DNA of 64,000 nucleotides from Pocillopora damicornis (Eukaryota): NCBI RefSeq assembly GCF_003704095.1, contig NW_020847337.1, positions 1 to 64,000 of the forward strand, read 5' to 3'. Shown piece by piece: positions 15,501 to 28,226 of this stretch (position 1 is its first letter; each line of letters starts with the position of its first letter). The notes under the pieces were generated by a model. It saw only the letters and a program-made list of their open reading frames with translations, ran no database searches and was not told where the DNA came from. The position numbers and the translations under genes were made by a program.

Positions 15501-18500
15501 ACTTGCTGTTAAGTGGCACCCACTTGATGTAAGATGATAAGTATTCACTGAATAAATTTTTTCTCAGTCTTTCCAGAAAATTGGAATCTGATCCAAGTTT
15601 GTAACCAGAGAGTTTTTCTCCAAGTTTCTTGGCCCTGTAAAAATGGATAAAATAGTAAGAGATGACAAGTTCAGGTGAAATGGTCAAAATACTGCCACTT
15701 GATAGTGCAAGAAATATAGCAAAAATAAGGGTCAAAAAAGGAAACATTATATCCTGATTATTACCTTTCGTACAAGTTCTGAAGGTTTTTCAGTGACTGT
15801 TCCTTGTCTGAGCCATAGTTTCTGAGTTGAGAATCCACATGTTTCTACAATGAAAAAATAGGTCAATTTGTTTGTAATAAAGGGTAGATGATGTTGAGTA
15901 CTGTAAAATACTCATAACTATTTCATGTGTAAACAGAATGGGAGAAAGTAATCAAGATACTGATAACAAAAACAAAAACTTTTCAACGACTTGTGAAAAT
16001 CAAATGACTCGATTTATACTGAAGTTTTTCAAGAAGAAAACTACGATTCTAAAGATTCTTTCCACTGGATGGCAATTAGTTTGAAAAAGATAAATGTGAA
16101 AAAAAGACGCCACAAACGAGGATTATTAATACCTTGAGCACATCCTCATGAATATTCTGCACTAGCTTTCCCATTACAACTTCAGCATTATTGCTAAAAA
16201 CTTTGTTAACCATGCTATGAACCCGTTCACAGAGCGGTATCACATCTTGAAATACATCAGAAGACAGGAACTGACCCTTTAGTGGAACAAAATAACATGA
16301 GTATCATGATAACACATGAGAAAAAAAAAAGAAATGACCTGATAGATATTTTCCTTAAACTGTTCTTTTCATTTTCATTTCCCTTCAGTTAGATTCTTAG
16401 GGAGGATACTTTCTAGCCTGTAGTGCAGTCATGTTAGCGTTACAAGCTCGTGATTCTTTTCGGGTCAGCCATGTTAGATATAGAGTTGTAGTGGATGGTG
16501 CGGGGGGGAGGGGGAGGGGGGGTAGGGGGAGTGAGGAAAAATGAAAAGATTTCACCACCCCCTCCCTTTTCTTTTAACCACCCCTGACCACTTTGGTGCA
16601 AATTTCTTTCTCTCACCAGTATTTCACAAAAAAATTAAAGGCGATCTTCTGACATGGTGATTTTGTAAATGCACTTTCTATAACTGACTATGGATAAAAG
16701 CCATATATACTGGTCAGGAGGTAATATACTTTACCTTCTGACTTTGTTTGATAAAGGAATCAATGCAGTGAGAGTAGCCCTGTGGAAAAGTAATTCATTA
16801 TTAAGAAAAAAATGTCACTCAGCAATATATATCAGATTTTTATATCACAAAGCCTTTCTCAAAGAGTGTCTTTAAATGACATGATTACCACCAAATGATC
16901 AACAAGGATTGAAACAATCAAGTCCTTGAGCCACCAGTAACTAAACAACCAACAAGCACAAGAATAAACAATGATTGAATAGCCAGCAGCTGACTCACTA
17001 CGCACCTTGAAGGGAAGCAATGTCTCTGCACAATCTCTCATACCACTGATATTTCCCTGATGATGGGCTTCTTCAAATTCTTCAATCAAAGCGACTTCCA
17101 CTTTATCATGGCATTCTGTATGGATAAACCTATAGCTACTTAACACTTCAACACCCTGAAGTGCTAAACAAGTAAACTGCTTCCCATAATATCCATAAAT
17201 TATCCAGGAAACAGGTACTGAGCATACTCAAACATATCTAAGTTAGAAGTTGTTTACAAAGAAAACAACTTCAGAATAAGTACTAAGTATTCCTTTTCTA
17301 ATTTCTTAATCATTACAGTTTACCACTGCTATATTTCAATTAATCAAAACACTAATGAAAAGTATGGAACTGCAGCTACAGGATCTCCCTACTAACAAGC
17401 AGACTTAAAAAAAAGTAAATGCCATAAACTTGCATCTTATATGAGTAACAGCCCAGGTCATATGTTCAAGTACAGTGGCAGTTGTATTGTATATTAAAGC
17501 CTACATTGCATACCTACCTTTGATTCTTTCTTGGACATCTTTAAACCTAAAACCAAATAAATTGTACTTAGTGTGGTCGCTTTCCATTTCTTTAAAAACA
17601 ATGTAGGCATTTTTCATCTCTTGGTATGATCGCACTCAAAATCTCAAGCAGAGTAGAACTTAAATTAAAACTTTATTGAAGGAATAATTATTTCAAACTG
17701 ACTCATCTCTGTCATGCTTTCAAAGGTGCTATTTCTAACCCCTTGTATCATTAATTATATAAAGAAATTAAAAGTACATCACTTGTCCTACCTCTCAGCA
17801 GGAAGTTCGTGGGCAATAAGTGCCAGCTTTTGTATGATGTTTGCTGCTTCATGAATCTGCAGCAAAAAAGGAAAAAAGTTAAGTGTTGATTTGCCACTAG
17901 AGTTACAGTGTATCACTTTGTGAGATCTATTTTTTTTCTCATGGAGCCTATTTTTCTGCCATCAAGGGCTGTCTGCAAAACTGAAAACTCCTAAAAAATT
18001 CCCTACAACAAAGTTGTTACAGGCACTCCACTGCTCAGAATCTAATAATCCAATAACCTCTTACCCTAAACTGGTCACTAAACACAGTTGAAACATGTTT
18101 TCCTGTAGCAAACTCATCGAAATATTTCATGAGTTCTTGCGCCTCAATCGCTCTGGACCTTGGAGTGTTGATTCCTTCCAACTGGTCTCCCAGATGAACC
18201 ACTTTGGTAGCCACATAGTTTATTCGGTCATCCAATTCTTGAAAGAGGGAAGATGCAGTCTACAAGAAAAGTTAATGATATATGAATAAAGTCTCTTTAT
18301 CAAAGCTCACAAATCAGACTAGTTTTAAATCTAATTTTACCCTGGAATATTTAAACTAAATATATCATATACAGTCAGAAGACCAGTTAGATATCTAGAC
18401 TGTACTGCCTGCATATTTGTTGTGGTTCAATTTTATCCTTGGTTCAAATTTTATGTTTCTTTTGTTTTTGGGTGTTGTATTGTATGATAATGAGTTTGAA

Positions 18501-20295
18501 ACAAAGGAAAATAAAATTTGAACCAAGGATAAAATTGAACCACAACATATACACCAAAAATCACATGCAATTGACAAAGATAATTTGCTTGAAAATGGTG
18601 ATCATTTCCTTTATTGTCTTGACATTACAATTGATTCAAAGTTGAAACTGTAAGGAGAAATTAGAAACCAATCACTCTTAGAAGTTAAAGGGTTAACAAT
18701 TACCTTAAAAGTTGATTCCAGTTCTCGAGATTTCTGTTTGTGTTGTTCCTGTTCTTTCCCACAGAGTTCTTCAAGTTTGTTAATTCTTCCCTGCATCTTC
18801 TCATCTAGAGCTGTCAGTTCTTTAATAGTTTTTTCAAACACGTCACACAAAGTTCTAGGATCAAAAGCTCCAGCTCCACCTTTTGACCCTCCACCATCCA
18901 CAGTGCTTGCCAGACGCTCCACATACTCATAAGCATCAAACTCCCCCTATTGTTTGCATTGAAGCAGTAGAGGTCACAGTGCATATGAACTAGACTGATA
19001 ACTCACATCTGACAAATGCCAGTAAGTCACTATAGATTACAACACAATTTCGAGACAGCGTAATTTGGTGTTAATAAGCATGTGTAAATTTATCACAGAC
19101 AACAAAGTTAAATGTGCCCATAGGGTGAAGGCAATTTGTATTCTTTGAAAAATTTATAATTTCGACAGTGTGTGCTTTTTGCAATTTGTAATTGTGTCAC
19201 AACTTTGCACCCATGTTACATAAAAAATGCACTTATTTTCAGCCATTTAGATGTGCATTATTTTTTCATGGATAGTATTATAGTTGATAGCAAGATACAG
19301 TGTAAGGGCTCAAAGGAAAAATTAAAACTTCAAGAAACATTAAATGTTTGGTTGTTTAAAAGATTTGTCAAAAAAATGAATATCACTTAAAAGACCTTCT
19401 TGTAAATTTGAAGTGATCAATATATGATAAGTTGACAGGTCTATATATTCGGGGACAGATGCACAGATGACATCACCCCCAACAAAATTTTGGTTTGTAG
19501 TCACATAAAACAAATAGATTCCACGTTGCAGTGGGTCTGTACAGTAGTAGATCGCAGATGATGTCAAAATGTAGTAGTCAGAGCATCATTTACAAACTTG
19601 GCTCCACCTCAAGTGCCACTTTTTCTGTTCTTACCACATTTGATGTTATCTGTAATCTTTTACTGAACAGACTCACAGCAACATGGAATCTTTTTGTTAA
19701 TCAGTAAAGTTTTACAAAGTCTTGGATTGGGGTCAAACAAGTTATTTCCTTTACCAAAAGATCTGGATAGTAGCAGATATGCCACGAATTTAAGAAAACA
19801 TGTGGCATTTTTTAAAAACATGTTTCGACAGTTCTTCAGTCATCTTCAATTTTGATTTATACTAAGTACAAGGTTGAATTTAAAGTGTATAACAAAATGC
19901 TGATTGGACAAAACAAACAATAGAAACAAGACAATGTATGCAATTACAAGGAAAGTTTCGAATGCTAATTTAAAAAAGTCGTTAATTTTCTTAAATTATT
20001 TAATTTAATATTATATTGAAGATTAATATGAAACAATCAGTTTCCCTCCTTTTCAGTCCAACAAGAATAAGCAAAACCTACTCTTATAATCTAAATATTA
20101 AATGAAAAAAAAGGAAACACTTTTCTAAGGGGCAGTTTGAGAGATCATTTGCTTAAAAAGAAACCTTTTGATATTCAAGATCGGAGGAAGTTGGTGACAC
20201 ACTCAGTAAATTCATCTCTACAAGCTTTTTAAGTCTCTAATAAAGCCCTGTATAACTGAAATACAACAAACCTCAAATTCTTCAAATGAAGCCAT
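9598..20295 (-). CDS. EXOC5: Exocyst complex component 5 (Sec10), 20 coding exons, ~705 aa
   Basis: Exons 20272-20295, 18704-18946, 18065-18259, 17792-17856, 17518-17546, 17006-17115, 16735-16779, 16133-16276, 15765-15844, 15524-15634, 14932-15030, 14508-14646, 13961-14069, 13173-13296, 12533-12619, 11782-11890, 10922-11078, 10699-10757, 10047-10148, 9598-9684. All are GT-AG and phase-consistent (2118 nt). Motifs: EYVERLAS..GGGSKGGAGAFDP, INYVATKVVHLGDQLEGINTPRSRA, EQKKSDFRPE, MDGKNLESVLTEFG, GGMVAICDISEYR, FVQLRVDYRTAKL. Confidence 0.96.
18419..18546. repeat. Small fold-back element/MITE with ~35-bp perfect terminal inverted repeats (EXOC5 intron 2)
   Basis: ttgtggttcaattttatccttggttcaaattttat ... 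ataaaatttgaaccaaggataaaattgaaccacaa. Confidence 0.8.
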
Positions 20296-20687
20296 CCTGG
20301 AATAAGAGATGTGAGGGATTTATAACGCCAACATGTCGAGCTTCCGTACAACTCAGACACTTTGCAATACACCGCCTCTCTCCGCCATGTTTGTTTTCGA
20401 GCGCCGTCATTAACTGGTTCCTAGTCTCCCTCGTAAAACCCGAAGGAACGCCTTGCAGATTTACAGGTGTCAAAGTTAACACATTGGACTTTTAATTATT
20501 TGTAAGGATTAATTATTACAAGATACGGAATTACTCCACGTCGATCTTAACTCAAGAAGAACCACCTGTTACAAAACATTTAACAAACCAGTCAGCCAGA
20601 GACTGGAGTACTTCCGGGGGAAGGACACAACAGTTACATTGCGTGACCTTATCATTTAATACTTTGCATGCTTGAGTAACTTCGTCG
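20296..20687. promoter_or_regulatory. Putative bidirectional promoter between EXOC5 and HVCN1
   Basis: 392 bp between divergent ATGs. CpG-rich relative to flanking introns. YY1-like CCGCCATGTT at ~20382-20391 and ETS-like ACTTCCGG at ~20610. Confidence 0.7.
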
Positions 20688-23600
20688 ATGTATGAACCCG
20701 ATGATCAGCGACTTGTTGATACACTTTCAGATCTTAATATTAACCTGAACAAGATGGATCAAGCTTCTAATAACATTGCGGTGACAGAGAGTGCAGTAAA
20801 CCTGACAGAAAATGAAGACGAAAGGTGACTTCAGCTTAGCAATTTGCGCTTTGGTCTGAAATTTATCAGTGGTGCTGATAATGAAATTCAAACGGAATTA
20901 AACGTCGCGTCTGATTTCTACAATCCAGCTTTTATGATGCTGTCGCATGATCATCGCAATACATAAGATCTGTTATTTCAATTGAATGAAATTTTTTGAA
21001 GAGTGTGTTGTTTTCATCTGTAGGCCTTGTAACGATCACAGAGAACAGCTTTGTGAAATTCTTCACAGCAGAAGGGCTCAATATGTCATCATAACATTGG
21101 TTGTCGTGGATATGATCATTGTTATTGCGGAATTACTCATTGACTTGAAAGCAGTTGAAGGTAGGCACTTATCTATCGACGATGGTGTTTTCATTTTTTT
21201 TTATTTTTTATTTAATGCCTTGGTAGCAAAAAAATAGCTTTTTAAAACATCGATTGAATTGTTACCATAGTGCTTTGTTTGGGTGAGAAGACTTCCGCCT
21301 ACTTGTGACAGTTGTTTAGCGATCGAGTAGTGTAAAATTACAGGAAAAAGTGAAGTGCTTTCTTTCTAAAGTTAACCCTTTCACTCCTAGGAGTGACCAA
21401 ACACATATTTCTTTTCACAAGATCAATTCATTTAAGCATTTTCACCGATCTGTGTCAATCACAATTTTGCTTGCTAACCATAGAATACACCTTGTGCCTT
21501 TGCTGTTAGTGTTAATGTGTTTATGTAAGTGCAGTCAAACCTGTACTAAGCTGCCCAGTATTAACCCTTTAACTCCCATGAGTGACTGAGACAGAATTTC
21601 TCCTTACTACATCTATACAATATCATGCAGACAAGTGATGAGAATAAAGAAAATTATCAATCATAGGAGTACTAAATGATCTAATAACAAATTCTCCAAA
21701 CTAACATAATGAGAATCATTTGGTAGACAGTAAGGAGAATTACTTGTGAGATCATGGGAGTTAAAGTGTCAAGCAGTCACCCTGTATCAAGTGGTCAGTC
21801 GTCCCCCAATTAGGAGGTCACAACAATCTATTTTTTTTGTCTTCCACTTGAATAGAATATCCATTTAAAATGGAACCACTGATAAAATAAAATTAGGAAC
21901 AATTTCCATTATATAGTTTATTCCATTTTATGTCATGGAATCAATGTTAGTACTTTGAGTTCAAATACCCTCAACATATTGCAGATTATTTTTCTTCTTT
22001 GAACTATTAGGACAAATATTACACATAAACATCATGCAAGTCAACCTGTATTACACAGTCACCTTACCATTCCTCATGGGTGACTGCTTATTACAGATTC
22101 AACTGTTTTGTTAAATTAAAATAAATATTTATGTTACTTGACCCATACACAGAATATTACTTTTTGTTACAGTTCACCATGAGAGTCATGCACCACATAT
22201 CCTGCATTACATCAGTATTGCCATCCTTTCAATCTTCATGATTGAGGTATTATTAAGATTAATAAGTTACTCATAACCTCAGTGTTCTTTAGTGCTCTGC
22301 ATATGTTTTCCTTAACATCACCCTTTAGCTGATGAATTGGTCTGTTCTTAATGCTTGTTTGCAGGATAAGGATTTCACATCAGAAGGAGAAGTCAGATAT
22401 AAATCACTTCTGAGAGTTAGAGGATTAAAATAATTAATTTTGATACACAAAAATTTATGACGTAAAAATGATTGATTGTAAGTTCTTTCTTCTTTTTCTC
22501 TGTTTAGTTGTTTGTAAAGATCTACGCTATGGGACTCACATTTTTCAAACACAAAATGGAGGTTTGTGCATTTACATTCATCAGAAACCTGTACGTATCA
22601 AACAGGCAATTGAAAAATTGTTGCTTGTGCCTGCTTGATGCATGGTTTCCACTTGATAGAGGCTTAAATGGCCTCATGAATTTTGTCAATCAAGAAAGGG
22701 GTCATAATTAACTGGTGGATGGTGCTTTATTACTTGCATAAATTTTATATACCCTTCCCTTCCCCCGTTGATCCTGCATTAGATTAGTGACCTGCCCCTA
22801 TTTTTGCACCAGCCTTGCTGCTCCCTCCAAGGGAAAATTTTGTCCAGTCTATAATAATCATTTGTCATACCCCAATTAGAACAGAGTCAGTTTTAAGGCT
22901 CATTGATAATTAACCCTTTTCCTCCCAAGATTGGGTTGTTAATTCTCCCCTCTTCCCTCCTGGTGACACATACACTTAATGATGGTTTTTGTGGCTGCTC
23001 AGAAGGGGTATGCATGAATACAAGTTCAGGTTGCAGGAAATATGGGGGAGAAAACTGGGATTTAGACCAGCACTTGCTTCATACCAGAAGTCAGTGAAAT
23101 ATGGAGTCAGTGAGATATGGGTTCCACTGAAATAGGTCTTGATCTAAAGTATACATGTCAAATAGTTAAAAGTGATGAGAATTTATTGAAAATTATAACA
23201 AATTTATCATGATTGTTTTCTAGATATTTGATGGAATTGTAGTTACAGTATCGTTTGCCTTGGATATTGCTTTCAGGTTTGTGGATTAAGTCTAGGGCTG
23301 GTTATTGTTTTGTTTTTAAGTTTCTAGACCAATACCATTGTGTCAGCTGTATTATCATGTGTTGTGCTGGATTCATGTTACACTAAATAACTTTGTTTTG
23401 CTTTGACACGGATTGGATGGATTGAGATAAGTTGATGTCTGCTTAAATCTTATTGTTACAGTGGAAAGGAGGGAGCTGTTGATGGAATAGGTCTTATTGT
23501 TCTCCTTCGGCTTTGGAGAGTCACAAGAATTGTCAATGGTAATGTTTTACTTTGCATAAAATTAATAAATTGGTACAAAAGCATCCTACAAGAATCTGAG

Positions 23601-24853
23601 GGCACCCATTGTGTTGTTCTACATACATGTACAATTATCAAAAATTATCCACCTTATATTAACCCATAACATAAGTATGCATATTCTCCATACTGTTCTC
23701 TTTAAATTTCCTAAGGTGCTGATACATTAAGGTCATGAGAAGAAAAGAAATGATCACAACAAAGAAAGTCTTGATTGTTGAACAAAATTTTCCTAGTCCG
23801 TGTAAATGTTTCTTTTCAAGCTAGAGTTGAATCTTAGTTCTTGGGTTGATCACTGGCATACTATAGACACTAAACCTTTAGAGGGTCTTTCTTTCTTTAT
23901 TCTTTTTCCTTTTCCTTGGTGCAATCCTATATCAAAATTGCCAACTGAAATTATTACATGAAGAAATAACCAAAGTATTGAGCAATCATAGCCTCAAAAA
24001 TAATCTCAACTTTGGAAACGAGCTTGTTGCAATTAAAGGAACCAAAAAGAAGGTAAAGACTAGTGATAAGTTTCATTTTTAATCACACCTAGGTAACTTA
24101 ATTGAAAAGTAAGTTGCTGCTTAGCAATGTTGGCAGGTCTTGATTACTTAATTGAAAATTAAAGTCTGAACTTGTCTTCTACTCCAGAAATGATCTTGAT
24201 AACACAGGGTCTTATCCTGAATTGAAACGCTAATTATAATTTATTATCTAGTAAAAAGCACTTATCACGGTGGCATCAATCTAATCAGAAAATATTTTGC
24301 AGCTTTTGTTGGCAGCAGTAACATTTAGATTTCATGGAAACGGTTACAGTCAGCGCTTTAGGAAATGAGTGGAGAATGGCAGGAGAATGTGCATACTGAT
24401 GTTAGGGTGTAAAGTGTTTAAACAAATCCACATGTTCAAAGCAGGGCTCTTATAGTTTTGTTTTTGTTTGTCAGTCAGTCCCAAGAATGTTTTACAGTCA
24501 TGTAACATTGTGTGGGGAAATTTCAACAGGTATAGTTTTGTCTGTGCAAATACAAGCAGACAGGAAGATTGAAGTCTTGGAGAAGGAAAACAGTGAGCTA
24601 AAAGAAGAACTTGAACAGCTGAAATCCAAGTGTGAACAGTTAGAGGTATTGGTAAAAATAATTTTAAATGAAAACATTATCTGAAATGAATATCTCGGCC
24701 CATGTTGACAATTTTTAATTGTGGACAGATGTGCAATGCAGCAAGTTAAGCAAATATGAAATATTTTATTTGCATTTATTTTGCTTTTAGGTTGAGCTGA
24801 AAACATTTAAACATGAGACAGGCCCTGATGCAGTCAATGGAAATCAAATTTGA
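20688..24853 (+). CDS. HVCN1: Voltage-gated proton channel Hv1, 8 exons, ~236 aa
   Basis: Exons 20688-20824, 21024-21160, 22173-22246, 22508-22561, 23224-23276, 23462-23538, 24530-24645, 24791-24853 (711 nt, in phase). S1 selectivity Asp (LVVVD), S2 HYISIAILSIFMIE, S3 FDGIVV..SFALD, S4 signature LLRLWRVTRIVNG (RxWRxxR + Asn), C-terminal coiled coil, no pore domain. Confidence 0.96.
21561..21771. mobile_element. piggyBac-like MITE copy (TTAA-CCCTT terminus)
   Basis: ttaaccctttaactccc ... gggagttaaagtgtcaa; same family as 43825-44036. Confidence 0.7.
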
Positions 24854-25652
24854 GAAACATTAAATCTGATTAGTAACCTGATAGCCAGACAGAATAAAGA
24901 CCAGCTGGCCAATTGAATGATTGAGTGACTAATCATTAAAAGGACTGATTGACTGACTGACTGGATTACTGGATGATGACTGACTGATAAATAGATAGAG
25001 AGAAGGAAGAACAGAAAAATATATATGTGGGAATTTCTGAACCAATGGCTTGTGAATTATGTTTTGCATTGTACGAAATACATGAAATTTTGTTCTTGGG
25101 TAGATAACTATTTTCTTAGAAACATTTTTCTAATTTATATTAAATTATCATTATTCAATACCTACATTTATCAATTTTAGTATGATATCTTCAAAAATAG
25201 TCTATTTTATGCATATTGTACACCTGAAAATCATGGTTTTATAACAATCATTTTTACTAATATTTAGAGGAATGAAAAATTCAAGTTTGCATCAGATTTT
25301 GCATTTTCACCTTTTTATTACTGATCTATTCAAGATTGAATGAAATTTGTTGGATTATCACATACCTTAAAGAAAAAATTCATTTGATTGATTGTCTGAG
25401 CAGTCCACCCAATACAGATGGGACAGATTGACTCATGTGTTATTTTTTGAGAAAGTAATATTTGCAATCCGATGCTTCACAGATATGCACATTCTTTGAA
25501 TCTGTGTGATAGAAAATTATTTTGGAATTCTAATACTTGAAAAAGCAAAGATAATACATTTTTTTTTTACTTTCTTTTCATTAATTTTATTTGTTCCTTT
25601 AGGTAGCTGTATTTTAATGTAGAAATGTAATTAAGGACATTTTATAACATTA

Positions 25653-25995
25653 ATTATCAATAAAGGGCAAAATTACTGAGCGCTGATTGGTTGAGAGAGA
25701 GGGCATTTTTTCTTAATCGAGGGCATTTTTAGTAATCAAGAGAGGGCATGATTACCTGTTAATGATTGGCTAATCCGTTGCATAGCAACCGTTCGTTATC
25801 TTGAAATTTGTTAAAAATAGACTGCGCGCGTGATTTTCCTTCGTATAAATTTTGCCCTTTATTGATAAACAAGTAATCCCATGAGACCTCGTACTATTAA
25901 GGATTAATTGCACTTGAGTTTTCAAAATTTTGGAAAATTTTGAAAACTCTCGTGCAATTAATCCTTAATAGTACTTGGCCTCATGTGATTACATA
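25653..25995. repeat. Composite fold-back repeat: ~21-bp inverted repeats followed by a ~120-bp near-perfect hairpin
   Basis: ttatcaataaagggcaaaatt (~25655) pairs with aattttgccctttattgataa (~25848-25868). Then gtaatcccatgagacctcgtactattaaggattaattgcacttgagttttcaaaatttt pairs with aaaattttgaaaactctcgtgcaattaatccttaatagtacttggcctcatgtgattac. Confidence 0.8.
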
Positions 25996-27126
25996 TACAA
26001 AGTGAAGGTAAAGAGTTTTCGTAAATTGTGAAATTAAAGCAGTTTTTTAGTACTGAGTTTTAGCATTTTCAACTATTTTCAATTGTTATCTTTGCTAAAT
26101 GTTATTGAAGAAATTTAAAATGGTTTCCGTGTTTACATAGCCTGATGTAAACAAGCGGGAGGTTGGGAGAACACAAGATAAGCGTAGGAAACCACGACGC
26201 GAAGCGGAGTGGTTTCCAGCTTATCGAGGGTAATTAGGGCGCGCGTACTATTTGAATTATTTTATAATAATTATTGTTAAACTATAGCATGGTCATTTCC
26301 GATCAGAGCAAAGAAAACATGACAAGAAGCCATTGAGAACACAGGGTAGAGAAAGAAGCAAACTCTCTGAAGTGCGTGAAAAGGTACTTGAGCATGTCGC
26401 GGTTGGTTTTAGTTTTGCATCTGAGAAAGTGACGAGTTTTCTGGAGTAATCTCAGATCGAAATAAACAAACAAAACTAATTCAGGATTACCTGATATTAT
26501 TGACATAAGAAAAAAAACTATTTTGTCATAGGAGTACGTACAATACATTTAATGCTGGAACTGTTTAGTCCAAATTATGGCAACAAGAGAAAAACGATGA
26601 GCGTAATACCCACCAACTATTGTCATTGTTCTTTACTGTTCTTTAGCAAACGCATTCTCAGATCACTCTGTCAAGTTTACTTCAATTTGAATTTTTAAAT
26701 AATTTTTAATAAGTTTAGCATATAGGCGAGAGAGACCGAAGAAAAGGTGACTTATTTTTCGTTTTGTGTGTAAATAACGAATTACAGGTTTCCAGTTTCT
26801 TCAGCCAGGTTTGTTCGAGGAGTAGGATTGCCGGACGCGATCACTCATTGTTTTTATCAGCCTACGTGTAGCCAGACCCTTTCCCGTAAGGCTACACGTA
26901 GGCTGTTTCTATGTATTTAAAGTGTTTACTAAGCCAATTTTTAGTGTTGCTGAAGACGTCAGCCTTTGAGTAATTGTCTGTCTGATTGTATTGTCTAATC
27001 TAGTCGCAAACACGCGAAAATTTCCAGGTTTTCAGATAACAAAAAGAATTAAAATGTCTTCATCAAAGTCAGTTTTCATTCCGTCGCAGTTTTTGTACCC
27101 GCGCAGTTAACCTAATTACTTAAGAA

Positions 27127-28226
27127 ATGAAGATCGTCAAAGTCATGTTGTTGATGTTTGCTGTATCGTTGGGATGGGGACGCGATCTTGAGCCTCAAAA
27201 CACGAGGAAACAACCACAGGTAATGATTCTCTCTTCTGTCTCTCTGACTTTGGTAGAGTCGAAATAATACGGTCTACTGACACATGCAGAAAGTCTGTCG
27301 ACTGTATCTATTGACACGTAATATTCAGGATCATTCAATGCTTCTCCTCTGTTGAACAGATCGACCGATTTACCCCGCAAAAAGAATTCCATCCCATGCA
27401 CTTAAAGCCCATCATTTTGATTTCGCGATTCACCTAAAAGAGGTTTTTATTAGAGCTTTTCTGGATTTCCTTTCGTGAGTTGTTTCTATGTTGCCTCTCC
27501 TAAGGAGTATCGAACACGTAATGAAATGTTCTTCAAGACTTTTAAGATTAGTAAACCTCGGCAGGTTACTTCAGCTACTTTTCTTATGGTTCACGTTTGT
27601 GTCTTTCATTTTTTGATGAACAGCTTGTATATTACAAATTCTTCACACCCATGAAGCTGATAGCAGAGGCCTCGTTCATCCATCACCACAACTCCATCAC
27701 TCCTCGTCTTCTCACCTTCCTTGGCGCTCCAAGCCAACTCTATCGTCTGATGATTGTTCCTCTGATTCCTCCTGGAGTCATTGACGCAGATGCTAAACTT
27801 GTCGTCAAGATGGCGGTTGCTTTAGAAACAAAATATGGCCAAGTAGAAAGTGACCCCTCTTTCGCTGTTTCTGATAGTAATCGCTTCATTGGTGTGCTAA
27901 CAACTGATAAATTGAATTACGCATCTTATAGTCCATGTCGTGGTATCGAAGGAGATAGCGGGCTAACAATAACGAAGCGTAATACAGATAGCCCTCTCCC
28001 AAAGCCCTCCGAATCCTATTACCCAGGAAGATTCGACATCCAGCTGAGCCTGGCTGACAGATGGGGAACCTGTTTCGTCTCGCTCGATGGCGGCTTTAGC
28101 AGAGAAATGATTTATCAGAACAAGCTGAATCCTAAAAATGGCCTGTTCTTGGAGATCTATGGCGATGACGCAAAAGAAAAAGAAGGCATCAAGTACATTG
28201 AGCTGACTATCCTACGAGAAAACTGA
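27127..28226 (+). CDS. Uncharacterised secreted protein, 2 exons, ~231 aa
   Basis: Exon 1 27127-27219 encodes a signal-peptide-like MKIVKVMLLMFAVSLGWG/RD (donor CAG|gtaatg). Exon 2 27624-28226 (acceptor gaacag) is an open 200-codon frame ending TGA. ATTAAA at ~28302. No family recognised. Confidence 0.85.
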
